From Octopus sinensis (lineage: Eukaryota), in contig NC_043015.1 of assembly GCF_006345805.1 (NCBI RefSeq), positions 48,918,001 to 48,982,000 on the forward strand: a stretch of DNA of 64,000 bases, given 5' to 3'. The notes under the pieces were generated by a model. The model saw only the letters and a list, made by a program, of their open reading frames with translations, had not been told where the DNA came from and did not search any database. The position numbers and the translations under genes are program-made. Numbering within the stretch: position 1 is the first letter of the stretch; each line of letters opens with the position of its first letter. Below, one piece after another: positions 36,632 through 50,775 of the stretch.

Positions 36632-37058
36632 CAGGGCTGGGCTATGACACATCGAGGCCCTAAGCACTTAAAAGATTTTAGTGCCCCCATAAAAGATTAT
36701 GTAATTCAAAATATAAACAATAACAAACCATAAAATAATTTTTTAGTTTTCGAAACGAAACAAAACAGTAAGAGGGAAAATAATGTTTATTTTTGTATAA
36801 TTCCACTTTTTTTATATTTGAAAAGTTCCCTCCTACTTTTTTAAATTGCAAAGTCTTTGATCAGATCCTTAAAAATAATCTTAGGTAACACATCTGCATC
36901 CATAGTTTGTAGAGATAAAGGCATCGCGAATATTATTTTAGCAAGTTTAAAATGATTTCATTTGTGCAGTAAACTATTTACCATTTCTGTGGCACCCAGC
37001 TCCTTCCCTTGATGCCCTAAGCACATGCTTATTTTGCTTAACGGTTAATCCAGTGCTG
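36632..37058. mobile_element. hAT-like MITE
   Basis: Ends CAGGGCTGG / CCAGTGCTG; 8-bp TSD ATCTAACC (36624-31) / ATCTGACC (37059-66). Confidence 0.65.
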
Positions 37059-37094
37059 ATCTGACCCATGTGAACATAGAAAAGTGGACATTAA

Positions 37095-37316
37095 CCCTTT
37101 CGTTACCGTATTTATCTTGAGATGCTCTGTGTTTCTTTCAATTATTTTAAATATAACAAAGAATTTAGTAAAATAAATTAGTCATCATTAAGCTAGTGTT
37201 AGGAACCATAAACTGTGACTAAGATTTGGTGGAAGATTTTAATTCAAAACTTATGAAAACAAGACATTTGTACTACAGAGCTACAACCGGTTTCAGCCGG
37301 GTTGATAATGAAAGGG
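37095..37316. mobile_element. piggyBac-like TTAA MITE (family 2)
   Basis: TTAA-CCCTTTCGTTACC ... AATGAAAGGG-TTAA. Confidence 0.82.
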
Positions 37317-37556
37317 TTAAATGATGTGGATTACATTTTTCTTTTAGCAGCAAGGTTCAATTCAATGATAAGCAGTATTTCATACAGGCTGTTGGTTGAC
37401 AAATGTTTTCCCTGCAGGATTTCAATTAAACTTTTACGGTACAATTCATACACTCAACAAAATTCATAATCCATAATACAGTTCATTGCACTTTACAGAT
37501 TATCAATGCACTCAACTTATAATTCCTAACTGCATTGTTTACAATGCTTTATAAAT

Positions 37557-37926
37557 TACTAGCACTATGACCCAGCGTTGCCAGGTCATAGTGCTAGTGC
37601 ATGCATATACAGCTGCATGCATGCACACATACACGCGAGTACTGTCCAAATCTCCAACCAATCACATACAGCTAGCTGGCATTCAATTGGCATATCAAGT
37701 TTCAGGTATTTTGATTGGGTTTTGGATAGAAAATTCATCAAAAAATCACTTCTATTGATTTTTTTAATGGCTTTGCGGGGTGACTGGGGAAATGTAAAGA
37801 TGTGCACGACCACCCTTGGTCGGTTTTGAATGACCATAGAAAGTGTGAGCCCTCTAACTGAAAAATTGTGGATTTGTATAAAGGACACATACACACAGAC
37901 ATTTTGCTGTTTAAATATATAGAGAT
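37557..37926 (+). mobile_element. DINE-1/Helentron-associated element (related family)
   Basis: 5' ACTAGCACTATGACC...GGTCATAGTGCTAGT inverted repeat; 3' CACAGACATTTTGCTGTTTAAATATATAGAGAT. Confidence 0.6.
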
Positions 37927-39315
37927 ATTCAAAGTTTACTACACTTCAGAAATTGCCAAACACACTGACAAGAAATTTTTCTTTGTTGCCATTACTCTTG
38001 ATCTCATTCACTTCTGTCCCTCCCATTTGCCTCCCCCTCCTCTCACTGTCTCTCTCTCTCTCGCTCATACTTTTACAATATTGTAGAAGATGTACAGTTG
38101 TTGCCATGTAAGAATCACAAAGGCTTCTCTGCAGTCTTCATTTACTCTTATTTGTTTTTTAGTCATTTGACTGTGGCCATGCTGGAGCACCGCCTTTAGT
38201 CGAGCAAACCGATCTCCAGGACTTATTCTTTGTAAGCCTAGTACTTATTCTATCAGTCTCTTTTACTGAACCGCTAAGTTACAGGGACGCAAACACATCA
38301 CCATTGGTTGTCAAGCGATGTTGGGAGGACAAACACAAACACACACACACACATATATATATACATATATATGACGGCTTCTTTCAGTTTCTGTCTACCA
38401 AATCCACTCACAAGTCTTTGGTCGGCCCAAGGCTATAGTAGAAGACACTTGCCCAAGGTGCCATGCAGTGGGACTGAACACGGAACCATGTGGTTGGTAA
38501 GCAAGCTACTTACCATACAGCCACTCCTACGCCTATATTTGATTGCTTTTCTTCTTTAAAATAAGGAAGAAATTTATGTTAACAAGAACAGATCATGGCC
38601 ACAATTCCCTTTGGTTCTTATTCTTGGAGTCTGTTCTCATTAATACTGAGACAAAAATGGCATTGGATCTTAACTGTTGCGCTACTGGTGTTGCTGTCGT
38701 TTAGCCCCAGGCCACCCATGATCAAAAGCATTCCAGTTATGATTATTGCTTCTTTTTGAAAGACATATCTAAAACAACAATATCCAATGTGACCTTACTT
38801 TTATTTTTAAATGATTTGAGGGAGATTTGGTTACTTTTGAAAGACTATTGGAAGATTCCCTTGTCCCCCAACACTGGTTTTTATTGTCTTTGTTTTTGCA
38901 TTATTTTTTGTGAATTAGTGCCATTATCTTTTCTGAAATAGAGTCAGATTCTTGGCTTTGACAGAAGCTAAGCATCCAACTGATTCATAAAAGTTGAGAA
39001 TCAATTTAAATTTTGAATTGCAAGAATTAGTAAATGTCTGAAATGTTTTAAAGATATTTTAATTCATGGCAAGTATCAAACAGATTCAGAACTATCACCT
39101 TCCATCCAAATACAAAAGAATATGTTCCAGTCACCCACATGAATCAAAGTCATTGATTTCAGATTTTTGGGAGAAGGCCAGCAATTTCAGGAGATGGGCC
39201 AAATCAAATACATCGACTCCAGTGTTCAAATGGTACTTAATTAATCAAACTCAAAAGGACAAAGGCAAGGTTGACCTCAGCAGAATTTGAACTCAAAACA
39301 AAAAAAGGATGAAAT

Positions 39316-39800
39316 CATCATCATCGTTTAACGTCTGTTTTCTGCGCTAGCATGGGTTGGACAGTTCAACCGGGGTCTGGGAAGCCAGGAGGCTGCACCA
39401 GGCTCCAGTCTGATCTGGCAGTGTTTCTACAGCTGGATGCCCTTCCTAACGCCAACCACTGTGAGTGTAGTGGGTGCTTTTTACATGCCACCGGCACAGG
39501 TGCCAGGGAGTCTGGCAGCGGCCACGATCGGTTGGTGCTTTTAACGTGCCACCGGCACGGAAGCCAGTCAAGGCGGTGCTGGCATCGGCCACGTTCGGAT
39601 GGTGTTTTTTACGTGCCACCAGCATGGAAGCCAGTCAAGGCGGCACTGGCATCGGCCACATTCGGATGGTGCTTTTTATGTGCCACCGGCACAGGTATCA
39701 CAACTACTATTTCCATTCATATTTATTTCGATGTTCATGTACTTGACTCAACAGGTCTCCTCAAGCACAGCAGGTTGTTCTGAAATCCAAGGTACTTTGA
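39316..39800 (-). mobile_element. RTE 3'UTR/tail copy
   Basis: Same tail with four TTTTACGTGCCACC modules. Confidence 0.8.
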
Positions 39801-40357
39801 ATGGGCAGGGGCTAAGATTTTACCTGACGTGCTAACAGTTCAGCCAGCTTGCCACCTTATTAATTAGAATCACAGTGATCTGGACAAAGACTGACAATGT
39901 TTAGGCCAACAAAAGACAGCATTTGGTAATCAACCCACCACTTGCAGAAAATTTGCTGATAAACACATTTTGTTACACTTTATACATTGTGAAGCGATAA
40001 CCTGAGACAGAAAGCAAGACAAATATTGTCTATTGTGAGGGTTTTTTTTTTCTTAAACATATGGTGTGAGAAGATATAAAAATTCTAATATTTCGACTGA
40101 ATAAACAGATGGAAATAAACATAACACAGGGATTAATGTGATATAAAAGCTTGCTTAACAATGGGAACATCATCATTTAATGCCCAATTCCATGCTGGCA
40201 TGGGTTGGATGGTTTGACAGGAGCTGGCTAGGCAGAAGACTACACCAGGCTTCGGGTGTCTGTTATGGCATAGTTTTTTATGGCTAGATGCCCTTCATAG
40301 CACCAACCACTCCACAGAGTAGACAGAATGCTTTTTACGTGGCATCAATTAATAATT

Positions 40358-40780
40358 AGGTGTAGGAGTGGCTGTGTGGTAAGTAGCTTGCTTACTAACC
40401 ACATGGTTCTGGGATCAGTCCCAATGCGTGGCACCTTGGGCAAGTGTCTTCTGCTATAGCCTCGGGCTGACCAAAGCCTTGTGAGTGGATTTGGTAGATG
40501 GAAACTGAAAGAAGGCCGTCGTATATATGTGTGTGTGTATGTTTGTGTCTGTGTTTGTCCTCCCCAACATTGCTTGACAACCAATGCTGGTGTTTTTACG
40601 TCCCCATAACTTAGCGGTTTGGCAAAAAAGAGATCGATAGAATAAGTACTAGGCTTACAAAGAATAAGTCCTGGGGCCGATTTGCTCGACTAAAAAGCGG
40701 TGCTCCAGCATGGCCACAGTCAAATGACTGAAACAAGTAAAAGAGTAAAATAGTAAAAGAGTAAAATAGTAAAAGAGTAA
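40358..40780 (+). mobile_element. SINE family A, full length
   Basis: Same head, core and tail; another copy at 59507-59912 (+). Confidence 0.85.
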
Positions 40781-41375
40781 TGGTCTTGATTATAATTACA
40801 AGATACTAAACAACCATATCAAATCTCACGCTTTATTCCAACGCAAAACATCTGAAATAAAATCCTTGCTGAACCACATTTGGATCAGCCTCAGCCATAA
40901 AAAAAAGAAAAAAATTAAAAAACAAACAAAAAGAAAACTCAGACATTTAATGATTTGTTTTCTTAAATTAAATTTCCAATAACTATCACTGGTGTCACCG
41001 AACAATCGCAAAACTGCAAAACATTTTCTGTTTTCAACAACATCCCATTTATATTCCATGCATCCAATCCTGTGTCAGTTGAGAAGACCCGGTCAGGAAA
41101 AGACAGCCGATATGTTATCTTATATTTCATCACAAACAAGTGACACTTTCGCTTGCAAGTCTTCTCCATAAAGACTGATAATATATATTAAACAAAAAAC
41201 AAAAAAATGATGTCTGTCGAGATTACATTACAAGTGATGGGGGTGGATGGTAGTTGATCTACATTCAGAGAGGGTTGACAAGGAATTAACAGATGTTTGT
41301 TATCAGGAATGTGGTAAGAGCAACCACTACTACCATCACCAGTACCACTAATAATAATAATAATAACCCTTTCTA

Positions 41376-41939
41376 GTGGGTTGTCCGGAAAGTTCCTGCC
41401 GATTTATAGTAGCTTACCTTTCGACTTATTTTAGAACATGGTTGAGTCCATAAAATAGGATTTGACTACACCTCCATTTAGAGCACAGTTAAAGCTATCT
41501 TTTCGTGGAAGAAGGTTCATGTTCCTATAACCTGTTAATTTTGTAACCCTTTAAAATGGAAGATACAAAAGTTCATTTTCGGCATTTGATGCTTTGGGAA
41601 CCAGACAAAAATTGCTGCAGCTCGGCTGGGATGTGTTACCCCACCCTCCATATTTACCAGATATTGCTCCTTCGGATTTACACTTATTCAGGTCTCTGCA
41701 GAATAGTCTTAATGGCAAAAATATCAATTCCTTGGATGACGTAAAAAGATACCTTGATGAATTCTTTGCCATGAAACCACCTCAATTCTGGGAAGAGGGT
41801 ATCTTCAAGTTAAAGGAAAGATGGAGACGCATTGTGCAACAAATTGGTTCATATTTGGTTGATTAAAAATGTAATGGCAAGTATTTATTGACCTTTTTCT
41901 TTCCTTTAAAAATCGGCACGAACTTTCCGGACAACCCAA
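41376..41939 (+). mobile_element. Non-autonomous mariner, 564 bp, same family
   Basis: TA flanks, TIRs, GWDVLPHPPYLPDIAPSDLHLFRSLQN fragment; sits in a SINE tail. Confidence 0.92.
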
Positions 41940-43248
41940 TACTAGAGGCACAAGGCCTGAAATTTGGTGGGTTGGGGGGACTAGTCGATTATATTGATCC
42001 CAGCATTCAACCAGTAATTATTTTATAAACCCTGAAGGGATAAAATTCAAAGTTGACCTCAGTAGAATTTGAACTCAGAATGTAAAGACTGATGAAATGC
42101 CATTAAGCATTTTGCCCAGCGTGCTAATGATTCTGCCAGCTCACCACCTTAATGATAAAATAAAGATAAAAATAATTGTTTCTAATATAGGTACAAGGCC
42201 CCACATTTTTGTTTTTAGTGAAGGGTTCTAGTCATGCTCAACTGGTACTCATTTTATTGTCCCTGAGGGGATAAAAGGCAAAATCAACCTTGGCGCAATT
42301 TAAACTGAACTCAGCAGGATTTGAACTCAGAATGTAAAGGATGAAATGCCACTAAGCATTTTGCCCAGTGTGCTAACAATTCTGCCAACTCATTATGTTA
42401 CTACTACTATGATGACGCCACCGCCTACTACTAATAATAATAATCCATTCTACTATAGGCACACAGTCTGGAATTTGTGGGGAAGGGTACAGTTTATTAT
42501 ATTGACCCAAGTGCTCAACTGGTACTTATTTTATTGACCCCAAGAGGATGAAAAGCAAAGTTGACCTCAGTGGAATTTGAGCTTCTAACACGAAGACAAA
42601 TGGAATGCTAAGCATTTCACCCGACATACCAGCTCATCACATTAATAATAATAATAATAATAACCTGAGACCCCCTTCAGTCACGACACTGACCTTGGGA
42701 TTGCACCTAGAAAGTTACCCTCCCAGGCACAAGTCCGGGCAAGGTTGTTTATGGAAGGCCAGCAGTCACCCACGCTACCGATGTTATCCAAGGGAAAAGC
42801 AAAGGCTGATACAGCTTGGCATGTGTGACGTTGCAACTCATTTCTTCAGCTGAGAGAATTGGAGCAAAGTGAAATAAAGTGTCTTGCTCAAGAAAACAAC
42901 ATGCAGCCCGGTCCAAGATTCGAGCTCACAACCTCACGATCATAAGCTCAACACTCTAACCACTGAGCTACGCGCCTTCACAATAATAATGATAATAATA
43001 ATAATAATAATCTAAATTTGATTTAATTATCAATTATTCAATTCAATTAAAACATTTTAAGTGGATGGATCAGAAAGTTACACTTGTTATCATATCTCCA
43101 TTTAAAAAACAAAGGAGCAACAGAAACATATGGTAACATTTGGAGAAATCTCAGATACTATGGCTGTGTACAGTTCTTAAAAGAGAATATATCAAACAAA
43201 ATTACACACCAAAGCGTTGTTATCAGCACAGAGAATAATTTGAATAAG

Positions 43249-43966
43249 TGGCTTTGTTTAAAAGAACAACAACTACAGCAAACAAAATGTTCTATATTTA
43301 TAATTTTTTAAAAATCAAGGTCTATGGCTTTATTTCATAGAATTGGCAGCTTAGCTTAGGATATTTTCAGTTATACATTTTATCATCATCATCATTTAAC
43401 ATCCGCTTTCCATGCTAGCATGGGTTGGACGATTTGACTGAGGACTGGCGAACCAGATGGCTGCATCAGGCTCCAATCTGATCTGACAGTTTCTACAGCT
43501 GGATGCCCTTCCTAACGCTAACCACTCCAAAAGTGTAGTGGGTGCTGGTCATTTAACATACTTTGTAAGATATTCATGTTGCATAATGAAATACCATGTG
43601 CCTACAAGTCATTAACACAAACTTTTGTCACTCACCCGTCAACTCTTGTCCTTGACAAGTTTATTAAAAAGAATATTATTACACTTTGTCATCAGCAAAT
43701 CATTTGATTATCTATGAAATAAAGCCATAGACCTTGATTTTTTAAAATTATAAATATAGAACATTTTGTTTGCTGTGGTTGTGGTTCTTTTAAACAAAGC
43801 CAAATCAAATGATTTACTGATGACAAAGTGTAATAATATTCTTTTTAATAAACTTGTCAAGGACAAGAGTTGACGGGTGAGTGACAAAGAAAAGTTTGTG
43901 TTAATAACTTGTAGGCACATGGTATTTCATTACGCAACATGAATATCTTACAAAGTATGTTAAATG
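43249..43966. repeat. Complex local inverted duplication (A..B A' B')
   Basis: 43550-43709 is inverted at 43803-43966; the spacer 43711-43802 is an inverted copy of 43249-43341. Confidence 0.88.
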
Positions 43967-44419
43967 TCTTCATAAGTCAATACCCTATACTACTGTGTTA
44001 GCAGTGCACTTAAATCATGCGTTAAGGTCATCTCTTCAGATTTTCTAGAGAAATCATAACCAGCAATGGTTTTGTTATTATGTTTCATATCCAACAGGTC
44101 AGAGGTAACTCCATACTCTCTCTTTTACTTGTTTCAGTCGTTTAACTGCGGCCACGCTGGAGCACCGCCTTTAGTCGAGCAAATCGACTCCAGGATTTAT
44201 TCTTTGTAAGCCTGTTACTTATTCTACTGGTCTTTTTTGCCAAACCGCTAAGTTATGGGGGACGTAAACACACCAGCATCGGTTGTCAAGCAATGCTAGG
44301 GGGACAAATAAGTCAACTTACGGTTAAGCAATGTAGACATTGGCTATAGCCACCCAAAAAGTGATAAAAGTCTTTTTCTTTGGTACAGAATTCCTTCATA
44401 TAAAACCAAATTCAATGAA

Positions 44420-44873
44420 TGGCACCCATGCCAGTGGAGCGCTAAACAGCTCCATCTGAGCGGGATCACTGGCAGAGCAGCTGTCTAGCTTCCATGCTGG
44501 TGGCACGTAAAAAGCACCATTTGAGTGTGATCGTTACCAGCGTCACCTTACTGGCACTTGTGCCGGTAACACGTGAACAAAACATTCGAGCGAGGTCGTA
44601 GCCAGTGCCGCTGGACTGACTCCTGTGTAGGTAGCACATAAAAAACACTATTTGAGCATGGCTATTGCCAGTACCACCAGACTGGCCCTCATGCCGGTGG
44701 CATGTAAAAGCACCCACTACACTCTCGGAGTGGTTAGTGTTAGGAAGGGCATCCAGCTGTAGAAATTCTGTCAGATCAGATTGGAGCCTGATGCAGCCAT
44801 CTGGTATGCCAGTCCTCAGTCAAATCGTCCAACCCATGCTAGCATGGAAAGCGGACGTTAAATGATGATGATG
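44420..44873 (+). mobile_element. RTE 3'UTR/tail copy
   Basis: GTGGCACGTAAAAAGCACC modules and a tail ending GGACGTTAAATGATGATGATG. Confidence 0.78.
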
Positions 44874-46183
44874 AAACAAATAAATTGTCTGATGCTCCAA
44901 ATTGATGTCATAATTTTCTTTTTACCCCCATCCACGCATTCTCCCCATTTTGTGTACGGGCGTTGTTATTTGTCAGATCTACAAAGTTCTCCTAATGCAC
45001 TATCACTTCATGAGTGTACATACCATTATTTATGTACGAGAACCTAATTATCTACCCCAGTTGTTATTTCCCCCTTTAATCTTTATTTATTTTTTTAAAC
45101 ACCATATATATTTCTTTATTGCCCACAAGGGGCTAAACACAGAGGGGACAAACAAAGACAGACAAACGGATTAAGTCGATTATATCGACCCCAGTGCATA
45201 ACTGGTACTTATTTAATCGGCCCCGTAAGGATGAAAGGCAAAGCCGACCTCGGCGGAATTTGAACCCAGAATGTAACAGCAGACAAAATACGGCTAAGCA
45301 TTTCTTCCGGCGTGCTAACGTTTCTGCCAGCTCGCCGCCTTGAAACACCATATGCTGAACACGCCTTTTTAAACACCATATGCTGAACGATTACCAAAAA
45401 GTTTTTCAGAAAATCTGAAAAAAATGACCTTAACTAATGAAGAGTCGATTCTGGCTCTACTGAAACCATGGAGACTCGAGATGTTGAAAGAGCAGTGGGC
45501 ATGTTAATGAGGTTTTAGCTTTTTTTTTTTTTTTAGAAATTTTAAAAGGGAACAGATTAGATTACCACTCACAGCTTTGGTCTCTTAACTCATCCTGTCT
45601 TACAGAAGAAATTGAAGGATTAGGGTGGCCCTGGTTGGTGGATTTGCTGATGTGAAGTGAGCGTAGATGTTTCTGTACTTGATGTTTGGTGGGAAGACAC
45701 GAACATGGTGGGGAAGAAATGGTATGGAATGGTAAAGCAGACGGCAAATAGGGAATAATTTTCCCTGTTTTTTACTCATTTCAGTCACTGGACTGTGGTC
45801 ATACTGGGGCACCACCTTGAAGGGTTTTAGTCAAACAAATAAAATCCAGTAACTGTTTTTTAAATCTTGTACTTATTCTATAAGCTCTGTTTAGCTGAAC
45901 TACAAAGTTATGGGGATATAAACAACCCAACACTGGTTGTCAAGGTATGGTGGGTGATAAACACAAACAGACAAACTCAGTTTTCATCCACCAAATTTAT
46001 TCACAAGGATTTTGTTGGTACAGGGCTATAGTAAAAGACACTTGCCCAAGGTTCCATGCAGTGGGACTGAACCCACAACTACATGGTTGCAAAGCAAACT
46101 TCTTAACCACACAGCCATGCCTATGCCAATGGGTTTCTCTATATTCCTTTTCCATCCTTTGGAAGCAATGTGGCTGATGTGGG

Positions 46184-47078
46184 TGTCATGTGATTAGCAC
46201 CCGAGCCAGTGTTGCGTGACCAGCACCCGAGCCAGTGTCGCGTGACCAGCACCCGAGCCAGTGTCGCGTGACCAGCACCCGAGCCAGTGTCGCGTGACCA
46301 GCACCCGAGCCAGTGTCGCGTGACCAGCACCCGAGCCAGTGTCGCATGACCAGCACCCGAGCCATGTCGCGTGACCAGCACCCGAGCCATGTCGCGTGAC
46401 CAGCACCCGAGCCAGTGTCGCGTGACCAGCGCCGAGCCAGTGTCGCGTGACCAGCGCCGAGCCAGTGTCGCGTGACCAGCGCCCGAGCCAGTGTCGCGTG
46501 ACCAGCACCCGAGCCATGTCGCGTGACCAGCACCCGAGCCAGTGTCGCGTGACCAGCACCCGAGCCAGTGTCGCGTGACCAGCACCCGAGCCAGTGTCGC
46601 GTGACCAGCGCCCGAGCCAGTGTCGCGTGACCAGCGCCCGAGCCAGTGTCGCGTGACCAGCACCCGAGCCAGTGTCGCGTGACCAGCACCCGAGCCAGTG
46701 TCGCGTGACCAGCACCCAAGCCAGTGTCGCGTGACCAGCACCCGAGCCAGTGTCGCGTGACCAGCACCCAAGCCAGTGTCGCGTGACCAGCACCCGAGCC
46801 AGTGTCGCGTGACCAGCGCCCGAGCCAGTGTCGCGTGACCAGCGCCCGAGCCAGTGTCGCGTGACCAGCACCCGAGCCAGTGTCGCGTGACCAGCACCCG
46901 AGCCAGTGTCGCGTGACCAGCACCCAAGCCAGTGTTGCGTGACCAGCACCCGAGCCAGTGTTGCATGACTAGCACCTGAGCCAGTGTTGCGTGACTAGCA
47001 CCTGAGCCAGTGTTGCATGACTAGCACCTGAGCCAGTGTTGCGTGACTAGCACCTGAGCCAGTGTTGCGTGACTAGCA
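46184..47078. repeat. 26-bp minisatellite, about 34 units
   Basis: Unit ACCAGCACCCGAGCCAGTGTCGCGTG; the 26-aa period of the overlapping ORFs confirms a 26-bp unit. Confidence 0.95.
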
Positions 47079-47578
47079 GGTTTCTAGCACTGGATCACAT
47101 GGAGGAAATGACAAACAACAACATGCCATGCTGGAGTAGAAGACCCGTCAAGCCATGTGTAATCATAGTTGTAGCAGATACTGGTGTTATGCAACTGACA
47201 CCCATGTAAAAGCACCCATTACACTCTTGGAGTGGTGGGCGTTAACAAGGACAACCAGCTGTAGAAACTATGCCAAAATGGACTGGAGTCTGGTGCAAGA
47301 CTTCAGCTTACCAGTTCTGATCAAATCATCCAACCTATGCCAGCATGGACAATGGGCATTAAATGATGATGATGTCTGCAAAGATGACCAAGACTTCCAC
47401 ATCAAAAAAACCCTTCATGGTTAAAATGACCATATCCGGCCTAAAATGTTCTTGTTGTTTTATGTTCAAATTGACCAGATCAGGCCTCTCACACCTACCC
47501 AACAGTGTCATTCAAACCATAAACCATCGTATCATTGAAATCTGAAAGCTCTGAGATAATGCATGATTATATTTCAAA

Positions 47579-48174
47579 GGGCGGTGAGCTGGCAGAAACG
47601 TTAGCACGCCGGGCGAAATGCGTAGCTGTATTTCGTCTGTTGTTACGTTCCAAGTTCAAATTCCGCCGAGGTCGACTTTGCCTTTCATCCTTTCGGGACC
47701 GATAAATTAAGTACCAGTTACGCATTGGGGTTGATATAATCGACAATCCATTTGTCTGTCCTTGTTTGTTCCCTCTGTGTTTAGCCCCTTGTGGGTAGTA
47801 AAGGAATAGGTATGTCGTCTGCCGCTACGCTCCGAGTTCAAATTCTGCCGAGGTCAGCTTTGCCTTTCATCCTTTCGGGACCGATAAATTAAGTACCAGT
47901 TACGCATTGGGGTTGATATAATCGACAATCCATTTGTCTGTCCTTGTTTGTTCCCTCTGTGTTTAGCCCCTTGTGGGTAGTAAAGGAATAGGTATGTCGT
48001 CTGCCGCTACGCTCCGAGTTCAAATTCTGCCGAGGTCAGCTTTGCCTTTCATCCTTTCGGGACCGATAAATTAAGTACCAGTTACGCATTGGGGTCGATA
48101 TAATCGACTTAATCCATTTGTCTGTCCTTGTTTGTCCCCTTTGTGTTTAGCCCCTTGTGGGTAGTAAAGAAATA
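47579..48174 (+). mobile_element. SINE B with triplicated core-tail unit
   Basis: One head plus 3 units; TSD TATATTTCAAA (47568-78 / 48175-85); inserted in a piggyBac-like MITE remnant. Confidence 0.85.
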
Positions 48175-48621
48175 TATATTTCAAAGCAATGTGAATGGTT
48201 AAGCATTACCTTTGACAGAGTAATCTAAATGCTAAAAGGCTGAAGAGTATCAACAGTGTAAAGTGCAACAATGCAGGCAAATAAAGACTTGTGTCTCTTC
48301 TCCTCATTGCGACATCTTTCATGTGCCCTCACAAATTAAACAAAATCCAAAATGGTAGAATTTCCTTGTAACAGAGCCACAGTGTACCTTGGCAGCTATA
48401 ATGGAAAGTTCACTCGTTTTCAGGTTTTTATTCTTTTCATTTACTTGTTCCAGTCATTTGACTGCGGCCATGCTGGAGCACCACCTTGAAGGGTTTTAGC
48501 CAGACAAATCGACCCAGCACTTATTCTTTGTAAGCCTAGTACTTATCCTATTAATCTCTTTTGCTAAACTGCTACATTATGGGGATGTAAACACACCAAC
48601 ACCGGTTGTTGCATGACATAA

Positions 48622-48740
48622 CCGATTGAGATGAAATCATCGCAGATAGAGCTTTTCGGAATGACCCCCGCAGCCGACGCTCTGGAGCAGGAGTGAAGAA
48701 CAGCTCTTTCGAGAGGTTACACTTTCCACTTATGATGTTA
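48622..48740 (-). mobile_element. Short fragment of the 35897-36290 CR1 family
   Basis: Near-identical to about 36108-36225 (GATTGAGATGAAATC...GAGAGGTTACACTTTCC). Confidence 0.75.
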
Positions 48741-50069
48741 AAACTAGTGTTCTGTACTGCTACAGTATGGTCACATTTGAAACCCATGGTGATTTGGAGG
48801 TTGGGAACACGAGTTGTGTGAAGAATGTGAAGTGGCTTGCTGAAGAGTGTAGTTTTTGGTCACCCACTTAACTGCTTTTACATGTGCAAGAGGTGACTCA
48901 CATCTGCTGCCAGTGAGAGTAAGTGTAAAAATAGAGGAACACTGACAAGTCAGCAAATGTGAAGTGCCACATGATTTAGATGAAGGGGTGGGTGGGGTGG
49001 GGTGGTGGTGCAGCATTCGATATCTTTGAATAAGCAGGAGTCATGTGCAGTGTGGTGATACGAGATAACAGTTAGGTTCAGAGGTGAGATCTTTTATCAT
49101 TTATTTGTTTCAGTCATTGGAGTCAGGTTTTAGTGTCAGGAATTAGGATGATGGTTAGAGTTAGGGTTACACCGCATCTTAAAGTGTAGGGGCGAGGTGC
49201 ACTGCATGCTTAAGTGGAACCTTAGAGAAAGTACTTAATACTGACTTATGCCCCATTCTGAAGTAACTCTTGACTCATTGGTGGAGGGGGAGGTCATGGC
49301 AAGATTTTGGAGGAGTGGGGTGGAGTGGTGGAGGTTACATCAGAATGAAATGGACGTAACTTTTAACTGAAACTTTTTTCCATGTTCAGCATTCAATGCA
49401 TTCACCTCTGTTCACCTGTCATTCTCCTTTCACACTCTCATGGACTTACCTGCCTACTCATCCTGTCCACTCTCCCTTCACCATTTATATTCACTTCCCT
49501 GTAAATTGAGGGTATGTCCTGACACAGCTTCACAACCCTCCTCTGTTTTCCCTAACTGGGGTAACCATATAACCTCCACAGCAAGACACTTGTTCACGTC
49601 CCTTTATCATATTTTAACCACTCAACACCCGGCATCAACCGCATAAAGCCACCTCTGTCAATGCTACACCCAACTTGGTTGAGTGGGGTCTTGTTTTGCA
49701 AGCTTTACTAGAACTGGTACCATGTAAAAAAAAAAAAAAAAAAAAAGCACCAAAGACACTGGGAAGTGGTTGCTATTAGGGAGGATAACCTGACATAGAA
49801 ACCAAGCCAAAGCAGACACTGAGGCTTGGCACCATCCTCTGGCTTGCAGGCTCCTGTGGAAATGTCCAACTCATGCTAGCACAGGAAACAGATATTAAAT
49901 GATGTTTTTTTATATATATATATATATATATATAAATAAAACATACATGTAAGACGATAACCACTAAGAGGACATCCATTACGCTAGGAGTAGACTCCCT
50001 ATGGTCTTACAACGAAGAAAAGATTGTTCTCAAGAAAATACAGCAAACGCCAGAACATAAGCGAGGGGA

Positions 50070-50775
50070 TAAGTCAAATACATCGACTCCAATATTCAAC
50101 TGGTACTTATTTTACTGACCCCGAAAAGATGAAAAGTGGATCACGAAAGAAATTGAACTCAGAACATAACGATGGACGAAATGCCTATTTCTTTACTACC
50201 CAGTGGAGGCTAAACACAGAAAGGACAAATAAGGACACACAAACGGATTAAGTTGATTATATCGACCCAGTGCGTAACTGGTACTTATTTAATCGGCCCC
50301 AAAAGGATGAGAGGCAAAGTCGACCTCCGCAGAATTTGAACTTAGATCATAAAGACAGACGAAATACCTATTTCTTTACTACCCACAAGGGACTAAACAC
50401 AGAGAGGACACACAAGGACAGACAAACGGATTAAGTCGATTATATCGACCCCAGTGCGTAACTGGTACTTAATTTATCGACTGCGAAAGGATGAAAGGCA
50501 AAGTCGACCTCGGCGGAATTTGAACTTAGAACGTAACGGCAGACGAAATACCTATTTCTTTACTACCCACAAGGGGCTAAACACAGAGGGGACAAACAAG
50601 GAAGGACAGACAAACGGATTAAGTCGATTACATCGACTCCAGTGCGTAACTGGTACTTATTTAATCGACCCCGAAAGGATGAAAGGCAAAGTCGACCTCG
50701 GCGGAATTTGAACTCAGAACGTAGCGGCAGACGAAATGCCGCTAAGCATTTCGCCAGCGTGCTTATGATGCTGTC
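50070..50775 (-). mobile_element. SINE B with 3-4 tandem core-tail units
   Basis: Repeated ATTTCTTTACTACCCACAAGGGG...GAATTTGAACT blocks, with a single head at the right end. Confidence 0.8.

Noticed and set aside
43803-43900. CTGATGA in the inverted arm as a hammerhead core
   Set aside because: No stem II followed by GAAA and no stem I partner.
46139-46975. Three ORFs of 245-278 aa
   Set aside because: All three frames are translations of the 26-bp minisatellite; not a gene.
46184-47078. CRISPR-like array
   Set aside because: Units are contiguous with no unique spacers, the context is eukaryotic, and there are no cas genes. The same applies to 12623-13060.
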